Assembly: GCF_006345805.1 (NCBI RefSeq)
Contig: NC_043009.1
Coordinates: forward strand, 4,898,001-4,962,000
Direction: 5' to 3'
From: Octopus sinensis
Taxonomy: Eukaryota
DNA: 64,000 nt
Below, in pieces: positions 1 to 12,317 of the stretch. The translations under genes and the position numbers were made by a program. The number at the start of each line of letters is the position of its first letter. Within the stretch, counting starts at the first letter, position 1. The notes under the pieces are model-generated. The model did no database searches and was not told where the DNA came from. It saw only the letters and a program-made list of their open reading frames with translations.

Positions 1-240
1 TAAAATGGTTTTCCAATTACAAATTCATATTTATTCACTATTGTAAATCTATAGAAATAATTCTTTAGTCTTTCTCACAATAACTATTTCTCTGCAATTA
101 CCTTCTTATTTGCAATGTCTTTCAATCACTCAACTGCCAAAACAAACAGGGAATATATCAGTCACAGCAACACAAATGTCTTCGCTAATTCAGAAGGATG
201 CTAAGTTGATACATTGTTACATCTCCATGCATCGCACAGC

Positions 241-280
241 ATCAATATACACTTGCACGCACACACACACACACACACAC

Positions 281-356
<76 letters not shown>

Positions 357-378
357 TGTGTGTGTGTGTGTGTGTCTA
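241..378. repeat. compound (CA)n-(TA)n-(TG)n microsatellite
   Basis: Consecutive dinucleotide arrays; explains ORF 110..403. Confidence 0.95.
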
Positions 379-390
379 TAATAAAATAAA

Positions 391-641
391 CGCGCCCTTT
401 TAAAGCCTAGCCAGGCTCATGGGCCCGGTTTCCAGGTCACTATGGCGTATGTGTTCCCCAGCTGGACGGGACGCCTGTCCATCACAGCGTTACTTATTTT
501 TGCCAGCTGAGTGAACTGGAGCAACGCGAAATGAAGTGTTTTGCTCAAGAACACAACGCGTCACCTGGTCCAGGAATCGAAACCACAATCTTACGATCAT
601 GGTGCTGTGCTGACACCCTAACCACTACGCCACGCGCCTCC
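391..641 (-). mobile_element. tRNA-derived SINE (family C)
   Basis: Reverse complement starts ggaggcgcgtggcgtagtggttagggtgtcagc (A box) and contains gtggtttcgattcctgga (B box), followed by a SINE body. Confidence 0.8.
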
Positions 642-1059
642 ATTACACACATATATATATATATAATAAACGAAAAATGTATGCTAAATAAACAAACGAT
701 GCAACGTTTATTGAGTGTAGAACCGGACGGGACACAAACACAGAAGGTCCCTAATTCTTCATCAGTTACTCAGACACGTGCCATAATTGATAAGAATGAG
801 GACTTCCCATATTGGTGGTGCCCGCAAAAACATTTTCTTGCGGAGAATTCAGGGCCGAGAGTAAACAAAATGCAAGACAACACAGCGTTAGTTAGGGCGG
901 TGGAGAAGGATGACGAGACGAGCAAAACACGGCCTGCGAGTCAAGTAGAGAAAGATATCATAAAGGATAAGGCACGAAGAGACAGAGAATTTGCGACTGG
1001 TCAGCTACGGGAGCAGAGTGAGAAAGGGAGAATGCTGGCTGCGGGTCACAGACATCGAA

Positions 1060-1070
1060 TGAGAAAGAGC

Positions 1071-1140
<70 letters not shown>

Positions 1141-1148
1141 GAGAGAAT
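1060..1148. repeat. (GA)n microsatellite
   Basis: Uninterrupted GA run followed by degenerate GAAA units. Confidence 0.95.
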
Positions 1149-1173
1149 AGGGTCTTTCAGGTACACACATTCG

Positions 1174-1396
1174 AGCTGGCAGAAACGTTAGCACGCCGGG
1201 CGAAATGCGTAGCCGTATTTTGTCTGTCGTTACGTTCTGAGTTCAAATTCCGCCGAGGTCGACTTTGTCTTTCATCCTTTCGGCGTCGATTAAATAAGTA
1301 CCACTTACGCACTGGGGTCGACGTAATCGACTTAATCCCTGCGTCTGTCCTTGTTTGTCCCCTCTGTGTTTAGCCCCTTGTCGGTAGTAAAGAAAT
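1174..1396 (+). mobile_element. tRNA-derived SINE (family B) with 15 bp TSD
   Basis: gagctggcagaaacgttagc...gagttcaaattcc...ggtagtaaagaaat body, flanked by aggtacacacattcg at 1159-1173 and 1397-1411. Confidence 0.9.
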
Positions 1397-2275
1397 AGGT
1401 ACACACATTCGCACACATATGTATATATATGCTCATCTTTAAACTAACCGTATTTTCAATTTCCATCTAAAAAAAAAAACACAAAATAACAGCACATCTA
1501 TACAAACAGCTTTATTTTTGACAAATATGTAATTGACATTGTTTCACATCAAGTCAATAAGCCAACCTAAGCAGTTTTTTTTGCGGTGCTGGCACGGTTC
1601 ATGTCCATTAATTTAGCAGATATACTATCGAAAGGGTTCTTTCCTTGAAAATCTCTCCTATTTCCATATCAGGGACGATATTGTCCAAACTATGGTGGAG
1701 CGTGACTTGACGGAAATTTTAGTCAGAAGATCTATTTCATTCAGTCCATTACTATTTATTTATTTTGTAAGCAAAATTCTATATGTTAATCGCCTGTGGT
1801 TTAGCGTCGAATAACCAGAATCATAAGTTCATGAAATAAAGTACTTGACGTTATTTTTCTGACTCATTGCGCTCTGTGTTCGAATCCTACAGAGATCAAC
1901 TTTGCCTATCATGTCTCAGACGTCAATGAAAAAGACTGCCAAGTAACGGAGTGGATATAATCAACCAATTCTCTCTTTACCTAAAGAACAGTCTTATGTC
2001 TAAATTATATAAAAATATATGTCGTTGTTGGTTTTGTTGTTTCTCCTTTCAATTGTGACTGAATAAGTATTCTAGCCACATCTAGATGTCAACTGCATTC
2101 CATTGGAAACCTACATCATTTAATGTATCTCGACTTTGCCTGCTGTTTCTAGCAGATCGAGCGACCACATGGTAGCTCTCAGTCCTCACCGTCTGTGAAT
2201 GCAGGAACATTATTTATAGTGATATGACTGGTTAAAGTAACCGTTTAATTTACTTGATTTTACTCCAGTACTTAC

Positions 2276-2424
2276 TGTTGCAGAATCCACTGCACACAAA
2301 TATGTAGCCAGCAAATTCACTGATCACTTCACACACATTGACACTGTTGATGCGACCATGATATATTGCGTGTACAATATTACTGAATGTGACAGAAACT
2401 GACAAGAAAATCTTCTGGAACTGT
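2276..2424 (-). other. candidate internal coding exon, 149 nt, unidentified
   Basis: Minus strand: pyrimidine tract cttgtttctttccaaatgtttctgcag, then one open frame QFQKIFLSVSVTFSNIVHAIYHGRINSVNVCEVISEFAGYIFVCSGFCN, then donor gtaagt. No homolog recognised. Confidence 0.3.
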
Positions 2425-2917
2425 CTGCAGAAACATTTGGAAAGAAACAAGCCGAAGTACACAGCAAACCGTATAAATTAATACGAAGCATTCGTGTCGA
2501 TCTGGATAGTGGCTATATGTGATTTAATGCATACGTATTCAGTTGTTAAATGTAGCGCTGTTTTACTTTCTGTTGCCAAAAAGAGTTTATAAATAATAAA
2601 TATGCCATTTGTTATCATGCTTTGGAACAAATTTAGGTAGGTTTCTCCTGCCCAAGTAAATGCACATCTGCATCCTCAAGCGATTTTAGTATTGTCTTTT
2701 CGTAGCGTAAATTTGTATTCCCATAGTACAACATTAGCTTTTATTATTTGGTATTATTTGTGCTTTATAAGCTGCTTGAATTGAGGTTTTAGTGTCAAAA
2801 TGCGAATGCCTGTCATTGTTTTAATGTATCGCGGCTTGTTCTATTCTATGTTCAGTCTGTATTATCTCTATGGGTTGTTCAATTTCACCCATTTACATCT
2901 CATTATTGCTTCTCATA

Positions 2918-3293
2918 TAAGGCGGAGACCTGGCGGAAACGTTAGTACGGTGGGCGAAATGCTTAGCTGTATTTCGTCTGCCGTTACATTCTGAGTTCAA
3001 ATTCCGCCGAGGTCGACTTTGCCTTTCATCCTTTCGAGGTCGACTAAATAAGTACCAGTTACGCACTGGGGTCGACATAATCCGTTTGTCCTCTCTGTAT
3101 TTAGCCCCTTGTGAGTAGTAAAGAAATAGGTATTTCGTCTGTCTTTATGTTCTAAGTTCAAATTCCGCCGAGGTCGACTTTGCCTTTCATCCTTTTGGGG
3201 TCGATAAATTAAGTACCAGTTGCATACTGGGGGGTTGATTTAATCGACTGGCCCCCTCACCCCCAAAATTTCTGTTCTTGTGCTTAGATTATT
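2918..3293 (+). mobile_element. SINE family B, dimeric form
   Basis: Full unit joined at gtaaagaaatagg|tatttcgtc to a headless second unit. Confidence 0.85.
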
Positions 3294-3302
3294 CTTATAA
3301 AA

Positions 3303-3513
3303 CGACGAGCTGGCAGAAACGTTAGCACGCTGGGCACAATGCTTAGTGGCATTTCGTCAGCTTACGTTCTGAGTTCAAATTCCGCCGAGGTCTACCTTGC
3401 CTTCCAACCTTTGGGGGTCAATAAAATAACTGCCAGTTTCGTACTGGGGTCGATGTGATCGACTGCCCCCTGCTCACAAATTCCATACTTTGAACCTATA
3501 GCAGAAAAGATTC
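3303..3513 (+). mobile_element. SINE family B, monomer variant
   Basis: cgagctggcagaaacgttagcacg head and gttcaaattcc B box; tail resembles the second unit of the dimer. Confidence 0.8.
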
Positions 3514-4487
3514 TTAATTCTCATAAAATCCATCTACAGTAGAAAATGTGTTTGCATTGATATTTTCCTTCAGTTCTTGATCTTTTTTCGTAACTTACAT
3601 GCTTCTTATAGAATTGCTCTGTAGAAGGAATATTGCATTTCAACGCATTGTACTTTATTTTAATTTTCTCATTGATTCTTAAATTTTCTTTTCCATGCAA
3701 GCAGGCTCAATGAGTCGGGCCATTCTGGTTGGACTTAGCCTTATATGAGAAGACTGATCATAAAAACACGATGATCGTATCGTTATCATGTTCACCTTCC
3801 CTTAAGGAATTTATTATATATACCTCTTAGGCCATTCGAATTTTGTTTATTTATTTTAATTGAGTTGAAATATGACCCTAGGTTTTCCGCTTTATTTTTC
3901 TAAGTAACGCGATTTTGATTTATGTTTATTTTGCTTTAGATTTGGTTCGTATCGTGTGTATCCATTTCATTTTGTTAATTTTTAATGACAGAATATTACA
4001 TTTATATGCGTGTATAATATATTTAAAATACGATCTATAATTTGAGTATAATATCCATGTGTAATATCTGTTACAAATATGATACTTCTTGCCGAATCCG
4101 TTTTGATTCATTTGTGCTTTTGCATGGTTTTGTATGTTTGTATTCAGAATTCCGTTCCGCTGCGTATGCTTTGTCCCAAATGCACGGTTCACTGTCGCAT
4201 ATGTATAGGGTTTCAACAAAATACGTCGCATGTAATTATTGAATGTAATACAAGATAAGTAGTATTTGTAATTAATAGTGAATCTATACTATCAATTTCT
4301 TCAATTTTTTTATCGACTACGTATTGATTTTATTAATATTAACAGATTTTTTTCAGATTTTATGCATACCAGTATTTACACGTCCATATTGTATTGCAAT
4401 CTTGACAGAAATATAGGTCTTAATTCAGTCGTGTCTTCTTAGTCAGGACTGGACAGCCAGAGGCAATATAATTTATTGTTTCTTCTC

Positions 4488-4684
4488 CACCACCACATGT
4501 TCATCAGGTGTCCTGGGGAAATTCCGAACCAGTGTTCTCATTCCTAAAGCATTTTATCATCATCATCATCATTATAATTATTATTATTATTTTTATTATT
4601 ATTATTATACAGGTCACTGCCTGGAATCGAACACGGAATCTTGGGTTTAGTAGCCTGCACTCTTAACCACTACGCCATATGCCC
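4488..4684 (-). mobile_element. tRNA-derived SINE (family E) with internal (ATC)/(ATT) tract
   Basis: Reverse complement gggcatatggcgtagtggttaagagtgcaggc...gtgttcgattccaggc is a tRNA-like head. Confidence 0.7.
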
Positions 4685-5630
4685 GATTCAGTTACGTTCC
4701 TTTGCCTAATTTACTATTGGATTTGACGTGTAGTTTTAGTTGTTTTTTGTTGAAAAACGAGCCCATAGTGAGTATATTTAACATTATCAAATGATTTTTT
4801 TAGCGTAAACACGATAAGAAATCACAAAGGACTTATTATGAATCGATTGAATATCTCCGAATTATAACAGTTACTTGATAAAATTTCGGTAAATATAAAG
4901 AGAAGTATTTGATAAATATATGTGATATGCCCAAGCAGCCTAATTCCTGCCGATCTCATAGAAGTCCCACAGAAAATAGTACGACGCTATATTCATCACT
5001 ATAATAATATTGGATGAGAACGCGTATAGTTTAATCACGGTAGTAGCGGGGCTGTCCAACAACAAATCTACCAATAAGTTTGTCGTTTACCATTTATTCA
5101 TTGTCGATAAAATAACTGGAAGTAAGACACTTAGTTCGTTATCTTCAATTGTTTCTCATTTCCCGTGTTATATATACAAACAAGGAAGCTGGTAATGGAG
5201 AAAGCACTTAAGCGGTCTTAGCTCTTTTTTATGTTCATCTTATTTAAGTCAATTATCTTGAGTGAATTGAGAAGTTTTAGTGAAAGAGAAAATAAACACA
5301 GGGGATATCTCATTCGGTCAAAAGAAACAGCCAAAACCGCGCATACAATATATAGTAATATCATCAATTAACTTATTATTCTAGAACCATTCTACAAGAA
5401 TGTAGATCATCAACGTTCAATTATAATGACAAATAATTGTAATAAATCGATCACAAGCTTCTTCCTAGCTCTAGCATACTTGTGTAACTGCCATTAGAAT
5501 GTAGAAACGTATACAATAAAAAAAAGTCAGTGATATCTGAAACAAATGTTACGTAATATACATGCTCCTAAATGATTTTTCTCCTGAAGAATAATGTTTA
5601 AATGAAGAAATTTGGGTTGATTCCGCATAT

Positions 5631-5926
5631 CGTGAGTGGATTTGCTAGACGGAAACTGAAATAAACCCGTCGTATATATATGTATATATATATATGTGTG
5701 TGTGTGTGTTTGTGTGTGTATGTGTGTGTGTGTTTGTGTGTCTGTGTTTTTATCCCCAACATCGCTTGACAACAAATATTGGTGTGTTTACATCCCCGTT
5801 ACATAGCGGTACGACAAAAAAGTTACCGATAAAATAGGTACAAAGAATAAGTCCTGGCGTCGATTTGTTCGACTAAAGGCAGTGCTCCAGCATGGCTGCA
5901 GTCGAATGACTGAAACAAATAAAATA
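5631..5926 (+). mobile_element. SINE family A, 5'-truncated
   Basis: gtggatttgctagacggaaactgaaa, internal TA/TG microsatellite, gctccagcatggc...aatgactgaaac tail. Confidence 0.85.
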
Positions 5927-5939
5927 ATATATATATATA

Positions 5940-6335
5940 CTCTTACTCTTTACTCTTTTACTTGTTTCAGTCATTTGACTGCGGCCATGCTGGAGCACCG
6001 CCTTTAGTCGAGCAAATCAACCCCGGGACTTATTCTTTGTAATCCCAGTACTTATTCTATCAGTCTCTTTGCCGAACCGCTAAGTTACGGGGACGTAAAC
6101 ACACAAGCATCGGTTGTCAAGTAATGCTAGGGGGACAAAGACAGACACACAAATACACACACACATATATACATATATACGACAGGCTTCTTTCAGTTTC
6201 CGCCTGCCAAATCCACTCACAAGGCATTGGTCGGCCCGGGGCTATAGCAGAAGACACTTGCCCAAGATGCCACGCAGTGGGTTTGAACCCGGAACCATGT
6301 GGTTGGTTAGCAAGCTACTTACCACACAGCCACTC
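5940..6335 (-). mobile_element. SINE family A, complete
   Basis: Reverse-complement head gagtggctgtgtggtaagtagcttgct...ccgggttcaaacccac; tail with (gtaaaaga)-type repeats. Confidence 0.9.
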
Positions 6336-6336
6336 A

Positions 6337-6705
6337 TCTCTCTCTATATAAACGGCAGTTTGTCTGTGTGTCTGTTAGGTTGTACCCTCACCCTGACCAC
6401 GGCTTTCAACCGATTCTGATGAAACTTGATACACACATAGCCCAATGTCATAATTCAAAACTAACGCAGCGAAAATTTTGAAAAGTTCCCCCAGTTCTGA
6501 AGAAAATCGATAAATTCGACATGGGGTCGAGAATCAGAAACACAAACCACAGACTGCCTAGGGGACGCAACTCGACCTTTTTAACTAAAAAAAAATTTAC
6601 CATATTTTTTTTCCATTTTTTTGCTATTTTTTGGCTATAACTCTCTAAAAGTGCTTTATAGTTATTTCCCTTACAAACCCGAGCAACGCCGGGTGATACT
6701 GCTAG
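6337..6705 (+). mobile_element. non-autonomous Helitron
   Basis: Starts TC after an A, ends CTAG (6702-6705) before a T, with subterminal hairpin cccgagcaacgccggg (6678-6693); no TSD. These are canonical Helitron termini. Confidence 0.8.
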
Positions 6706-6718
6706 TGCGTATATATAT

Positions 6719-6761
<43 letters not shown>

Positions 6762-6842
6762 TTTGATAGGTTTCGGCCATTATTGCCCAGGCCATGTCTA
6801 ACTTAATAGCACCACCTGGTGAAGTCTTTCAAGTCAGAATTT

Positions 6843-6882
<40 letters not shown>

Positions 6883-7105
6883 CACACACACACAACTCGT
6901 TGCCTTCATCCCCACAAGAACACCAGTGCCCGACATGCTGCAGGAACTATGGAGCACTGTTCGGCCTGATTGATCACAGCTGGTAAATCTTTCAACCATT
7001 TTCTTTTCGCATGTGATGTCCTGGTGATCTTCAACAACAACGCACGAACTTTACATACTTTTGAATAATTACACACACATACACATATATTTATATACAT
7101 ACATG

Positions 7106-7159
<54 letters not shown>

Positions 7160-7475
7160 AATACCAATTAATAATTAATGGTACTAGGAAGTACCCTTAA
7201 TTATAGTTAATAATTGAAAGTACTAGCAAATACCCTTCATTATGAATTGATATTGCATACCGTGATAGGTTTTTTCATGCATGCTGAACCACTGATATTA
7301 TTATAAAAAATTTCCTCATATATATTTATATATTTAAATATACATGTTTGTGTTGGCGTTTGCCCATGTGCACATGTCCATATATGGGTGCGTACATGCA
7401 CGTACATATATATATATCTTATACGGGGACATTACATACGTACAACTTAGAAGCAAGAGGCAAATAAACAAACGT

Positions 7476-7515
<40 letters not shown>

Positions 7516-7689
7516 TCTGTTTTTTTAACGTCAACCGCACAAACATTTGACCCGACAATGCAAATAAATCTGAGAGTGAATAACATAGTCACTAGACAAA
7601 TTAAGATATTTCTTAAACTGAGCAGCTATCATAAAAAAAAACTAATAAAAAAAACAGCAAAAAAAATTTGACGAATGCAACGAACAAGA

Positions 7690-7752
7690 ACAATAGCAAC
7701 AATTACAATAATAATAATAATAATAATAATAGTAATAATAATAGTAGTAGTA

Positions 7753-7799
<47 letters not shown>

Positions 7800-7954
7800 C
7801 ATAACAATAAAAACAATAATAATAATAAGTAGCAGCAGTAGCAGTAATAGCATTAGTAGTAGTAGTAGTAGTAGTAGTAGTATAGTAGTAGTAGTAGTTG
7901 TTGTAGTAGTAGAACAACAACAACAATAATAATAACACAAGAGTAACCACAGCG

Positions 7955-8016
<62 letters not shown>

Positions 8017-8115
8017 AACAACAACACCAATAACAGCAACAAGAACAACAACAATAATAATAATAGTAATAATGTTGATAATAATAAGTGCTATAATAAT
8101 ACTAAAAAAGAATAG
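7690..8115. repeat. compound trinucleotide array (AAT/AGT/AAC/AGC)
   Basis: Alternating triplet runs; explains the poly-I/L/Y ORFs. Confidence 0.9.
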
Positions 8116-8759
8116 TAACAACAAGTAGCATGACGGAAAAAGAGAAAAAATAATAATAATGAATGATGAGAGGAGAAACAATTGCAGCCGGCCCAGTTGC
8201 AAGTCTATGATGGCAGCATTAGGAATGAGAAATGTTGACAGGTTCGACATAAAAGCTAGCATATAAATCTAAAGTGAATTCCACACACAATTAAGCCGTT
8301 CTGGATGAAAGACTTACAAAGTCGACATCAGCACTGCTGTCATGGCAATAGGCACTTAAGGAAAGAGTAACAGAGAGAAAGAGAGAGGGAGAGTGAGAGA
8401 GAGAGAGTGAGAGAGAGATGTATGGTGGAATTGAGAAAATAGAGAAAGAAAGAGGGGGAATGAAAGAGAGAGAGAGTAAGAGAAAAATGAAGTAAAGACA
8501 GAGAGGGAGAAAGAGGAAATTGAATGAATGACTGTGAATTGGAGATTTGAGAGACAGACGTAAAGTGAGAGAGAGAGGTAGTTGCTGGGAGGGAGGGAGG
8601 TAAGGGGAGGTAATTGAAAGGCAGGCAAAAGGAGAAACGTCAAGAATAGTGTTGCCGTCGTCGTGGCCGTCGTCATTGTTTGGTAAAGCATCAGGCGTTT
8701 TTTTCGTTTTTCTGTTTTTCGTCACCATTTCTGTCACCTTCATTATATCGTCAGGGTCA

Positions 8760-9670
8760 TCGTCATCTTTGACATCGGCTACACCGACGTCATTTATGTC
8801 CTCCTCCTCGTCCTCGTCGTCATCCCCTTCCTCCTCTTCCTCCTCGTCGTCGTCGTCCTCCTCCTCATCGTCTTCTCCTCCTCTTCCTCCACGTCGTCCT
8901 CGTCCTCCTCCACGTCCTTCTCCCCCTCGCCCTCCCCGTCATCCTCCTCTACGTCCTCCTCTACATCCTCCTCCTCGTCCTCGTCCTTCTCCTGGTCCTC
9001 CTCGTCATCATCGTCGCTGTCCTCCTCCTCCTCCTCTCCTCCATGTTTCCCTCCTCCACGTCCTTCTCCTCCACGTCCTCCTCCTCCAAGTCCTCTTCCA
9101 CGCCTCCTCCTCCACGTCCTCCGCCTCCACGTCCTCTTCCACGGCCTCCTCCTCCACGTCGTCCTCCTCCTCTTCCTCCTCCATGTCTTCCTCCTCGTCC
9201 TCCTCCTCGTTCTCCTCCACATCCCCCTCCTCATCGTCCTCCTCCTCCCCTGGCCCTCCTCGTCGTCATCGTTACTGTCCTCCTCCTCCACGCCGTCCTC
9301 CTCATCGTCCTCCTCCCCGTCCTCCTCCACGCCCTTCTCCGCCTTGTCCTCCTCCACGTCCTCCTCCTCCTCCTCATCATCATCATCATCATTATCATCA
9401 TCCTTATCATTACCACCATCGTTGTCGTCGACACGATCATTATTCTGATTATGGTACTCCTGCTTCTCCGTCTCAGCACCACCACCATCACCACAACCAC
9501 CACTACCATCAACACCATCACCACCAACATCATCATCATCACCAACATCATCATCAAAATCATCATCGCAATCATCGTCATCCACGTTCCCACCAAGATC
9601 ACCATTCGATGATCCTCCTCCCCATCATCATCATCAACCTCATCATCATCAACAACAACAACAACAGCCT
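8760..9670. repeat. degenerate (TCC/TCG/TCA/CAC) triplet region with internal higher-order duplication
   Basis: Triplet-derived low complexity; cctggtcctcctcgtcatcatcgtcgctgtcctcc near 8992 recurs diverged near 9250. Confidence 0.85.
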
Positions 9671-9920
9671 CGGATAATAAATTATGATGACGACAACGAT
9701 TATGTTCGCAATGAAAGTAGCGACGAACACCGATACGAAGAAAGGGAGATAATACCTGAGATGGAAAACTTGGGATCTGGAGTTATCCCATTATTAATGA
9801 AAGCAAAACACTTCAAAAGTTACGATGTTGCGTCACGACAATTTGTATTTTCATAAGTTTATCTTCTTACCAAATACGCAAATATTATCGATAATGGCAT
9901 CAAATGGGGAAATATTATTC

Positions 9921-10075
9921 ATGTGGCTGTGTGGTAAGAATCTTGCTTCCCAACAACATGGTTCTGGGTTCAGTTCCACTGTGTGGCACCTTGTGCAAGT
10001 ATGTTCTACTATAGCCTCGTGCCAGCCAAAGCCTTGTGAGTAGATTTGGTAGACGGAAACTGAAAGAAGCCCGAC

Positions 10076-10080
<5 letters not shown>
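9921..10080 (+). mobile_element. SINE family A, 5' half
   Basis: tgtggctgtgtggtaagaatcttgcttccc...gggttcagttcc...ggaaactgaaagaagccc running into (TA)n. Confidence 0.85.
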
Positions 10081-10122
<42 letters not shown>

Positions 10123-10123
10123 C

Positions 10124-10205
<82 letters not shown>

Positions 10206-10224
10206 ATATATATATCTATATATA

Positions 10225-10260
<36 letters not shown>

Positions 10261-10374
10261 TGTATGTTGTATGTATGTATGTATGTATGTATGTATGTTC
10301 CTTCTTTCCTGAGCGTCCAATAATACTATATTTGTTCCACGTCCTCGCGTTGTTGTGTTTTCATGTTTGGATTA

Positions 10375-10416
<42 letters not shown>

Positions 10417-10787
10417 CATAAACATCTAGCGTCTTACTAAGTTGAGAATAAAATTCTAATGCGGTTTCGAGAATGGGCTGTTAGTCGATACCAACGACTC
10501 CCGTACTTGATCTGCATCTTTCATATTTCAGACGAAAATTGCATTTCATTCTTTATGGGCCAATACATTAAGGTACCAAATCGATTAAGAACAACAACAA
10601 CAATAGTTTCTGGTATAGTCACATGGCTTGAAATTTGAGGAAAAAGATTAGTCGAAGGCACAGTTATATAAAAGGCTTTGGTCGGCCTGAGGCTATTGTA
10701 GACCACAATTGTCTAAAGGTGCCATGCTGTGGGACCGAAAAGTTACCTCACCACCACACCAGCGAATATATATAAATATGTATATAT

Positions 10788-12237
10788 GCGGAAGTGTGGC
10801 TGTGTGGTAAGAAGCTTGCTTTCCAACCACATGGTGCCGGATTCAGTCCTACTGCGCGGCACCTTGGGCAAAAGTCTTCTAATATAGTCTCGAGTCGACC
10901 AAAGCCTTATAAGTGGATTTGGTAGACTGAAGCTGAAAGACGCCCGTCGTATATACACTAACACATACATTATGTTATATACAGAGTGCGTAAGATATTT
11001 GAGGGTATATTTTGGGGGTAATTGCTGCATTTTTGGCTAACACTGTATAAAATGTGTTTCAGAAAATAATAATGGCAGACACTCAGCTTACTCAAGAAAT
11101 GAAGAGGTATGCTATTATTATGGTTATAAAGGCTGAGTATAGCGATTTAGATATATCTCACTTTTTAAAAGTTGTCAGAACTTTTGTCTACAAAGTTTAT
11201 AAGGAGCTAGAAACTGAAGATGGAAGCTTATCACCAGTATCAAAGAATTAAAGAACATCCTAAACAGTCTGAAATCATCGGAACACTAGAATTTATCCAG
11301 CAAGTTCAACAGACCAATGGTCTGCTGAACTGTTGAACTTGCTGGATAATTAGTCAATCCCAGAAAGTCCGTGGGGTCAATTGTAAAGGATCTCTATGTG
11401 TCAGAAGCAACAATCAGAAATGTTGTTCACGAAGATGTGAAATATAATTCTTATATGATGAGGAAAAGTAAATTTGTCAGGAAAAGCAAAAGAAAATCAC
11501 AAAATCAGATCTAAAAGGCTCTTAAACAAACTGAAAAATTCTGCAGAAGATTTGATTTGGTTCTTCTCAGACGAGGAAAACTTTGACCAAGATCAAAATG
11601 TTAAAAGAAGAAATGATAGATGGCTATGTGCAGGCCCTTCTGAAGTTCCAAGAGTTATGCATACAAAATTTCCTGCAAAAGTGATCGTTTTAGGGGTTAT
11701 CAGCCATGAATGACATGTGATGGCTCCTGTCTTCTTTCCACAACTCTACCACCTACATTGAGGTCATGGAAATAATTTGTTACGCCCTGAATATCTGTGT
11801 ATCAGGCCATATATGTTTCAGTAAGACTGCACTATCATCCATGACTCTCATAACACAGGGATGGATGTTTGAAAATTTTCATAACCCCTAATATTTGGCT
11901 TCCTAATTCCCCCGATCTCAATCCATTGGACTATTACATGTGGAGCATTGTTGAGAGGGAGGTCAATGAACACGGCCTTTACACCAAAGGTTCTTTAAAA
12001 GCTACCATAATCAGAGTAACGTCCCAAATGAATGAGGGCCACTTGATTTAAGCATGTAGATTATTTAAATCTCATATAGAAGCAGTTGTTGAAGCTGAAA
12101 GTGGCTTTATTGATTAACATTGTAGAAAAGAAGGTTTATTTTTTATCCTCATAGCATTTTTTGATAAATAAACTCATTATCTGTTATTATTATTATTTTT
12201 TTATAAACATAAATATGTCCTCAAATATCTTACGCAC

Positions 12238-12317
<80 letters not shown>

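Noticed and set aside
391-641. tRNA gene calls at SINE heads throughout the window
   Set aside because: A/B boxes are present, but each continues into a shared SINE body and lacks a complete cloverleaf.
531-1373. 280 aa ORF
   Set aside because: Runs through a SINE-C, a TA run, a GA microsatellite and a SINE-B; no recognisable domain.
7629-8262. Hydrophobic poly-L/I/Y ORFs resembling membrane proteins
   Set aside because: Translations of AAT/AGT/AAC triplet arrays.
8649-9677. 342 aa S/P/H-rich ORF on the plus strand
   Set aside because: Alternative frame of the TCC/TCA repeat; open frames in several registers are expected from triplet repeats lacking stops.
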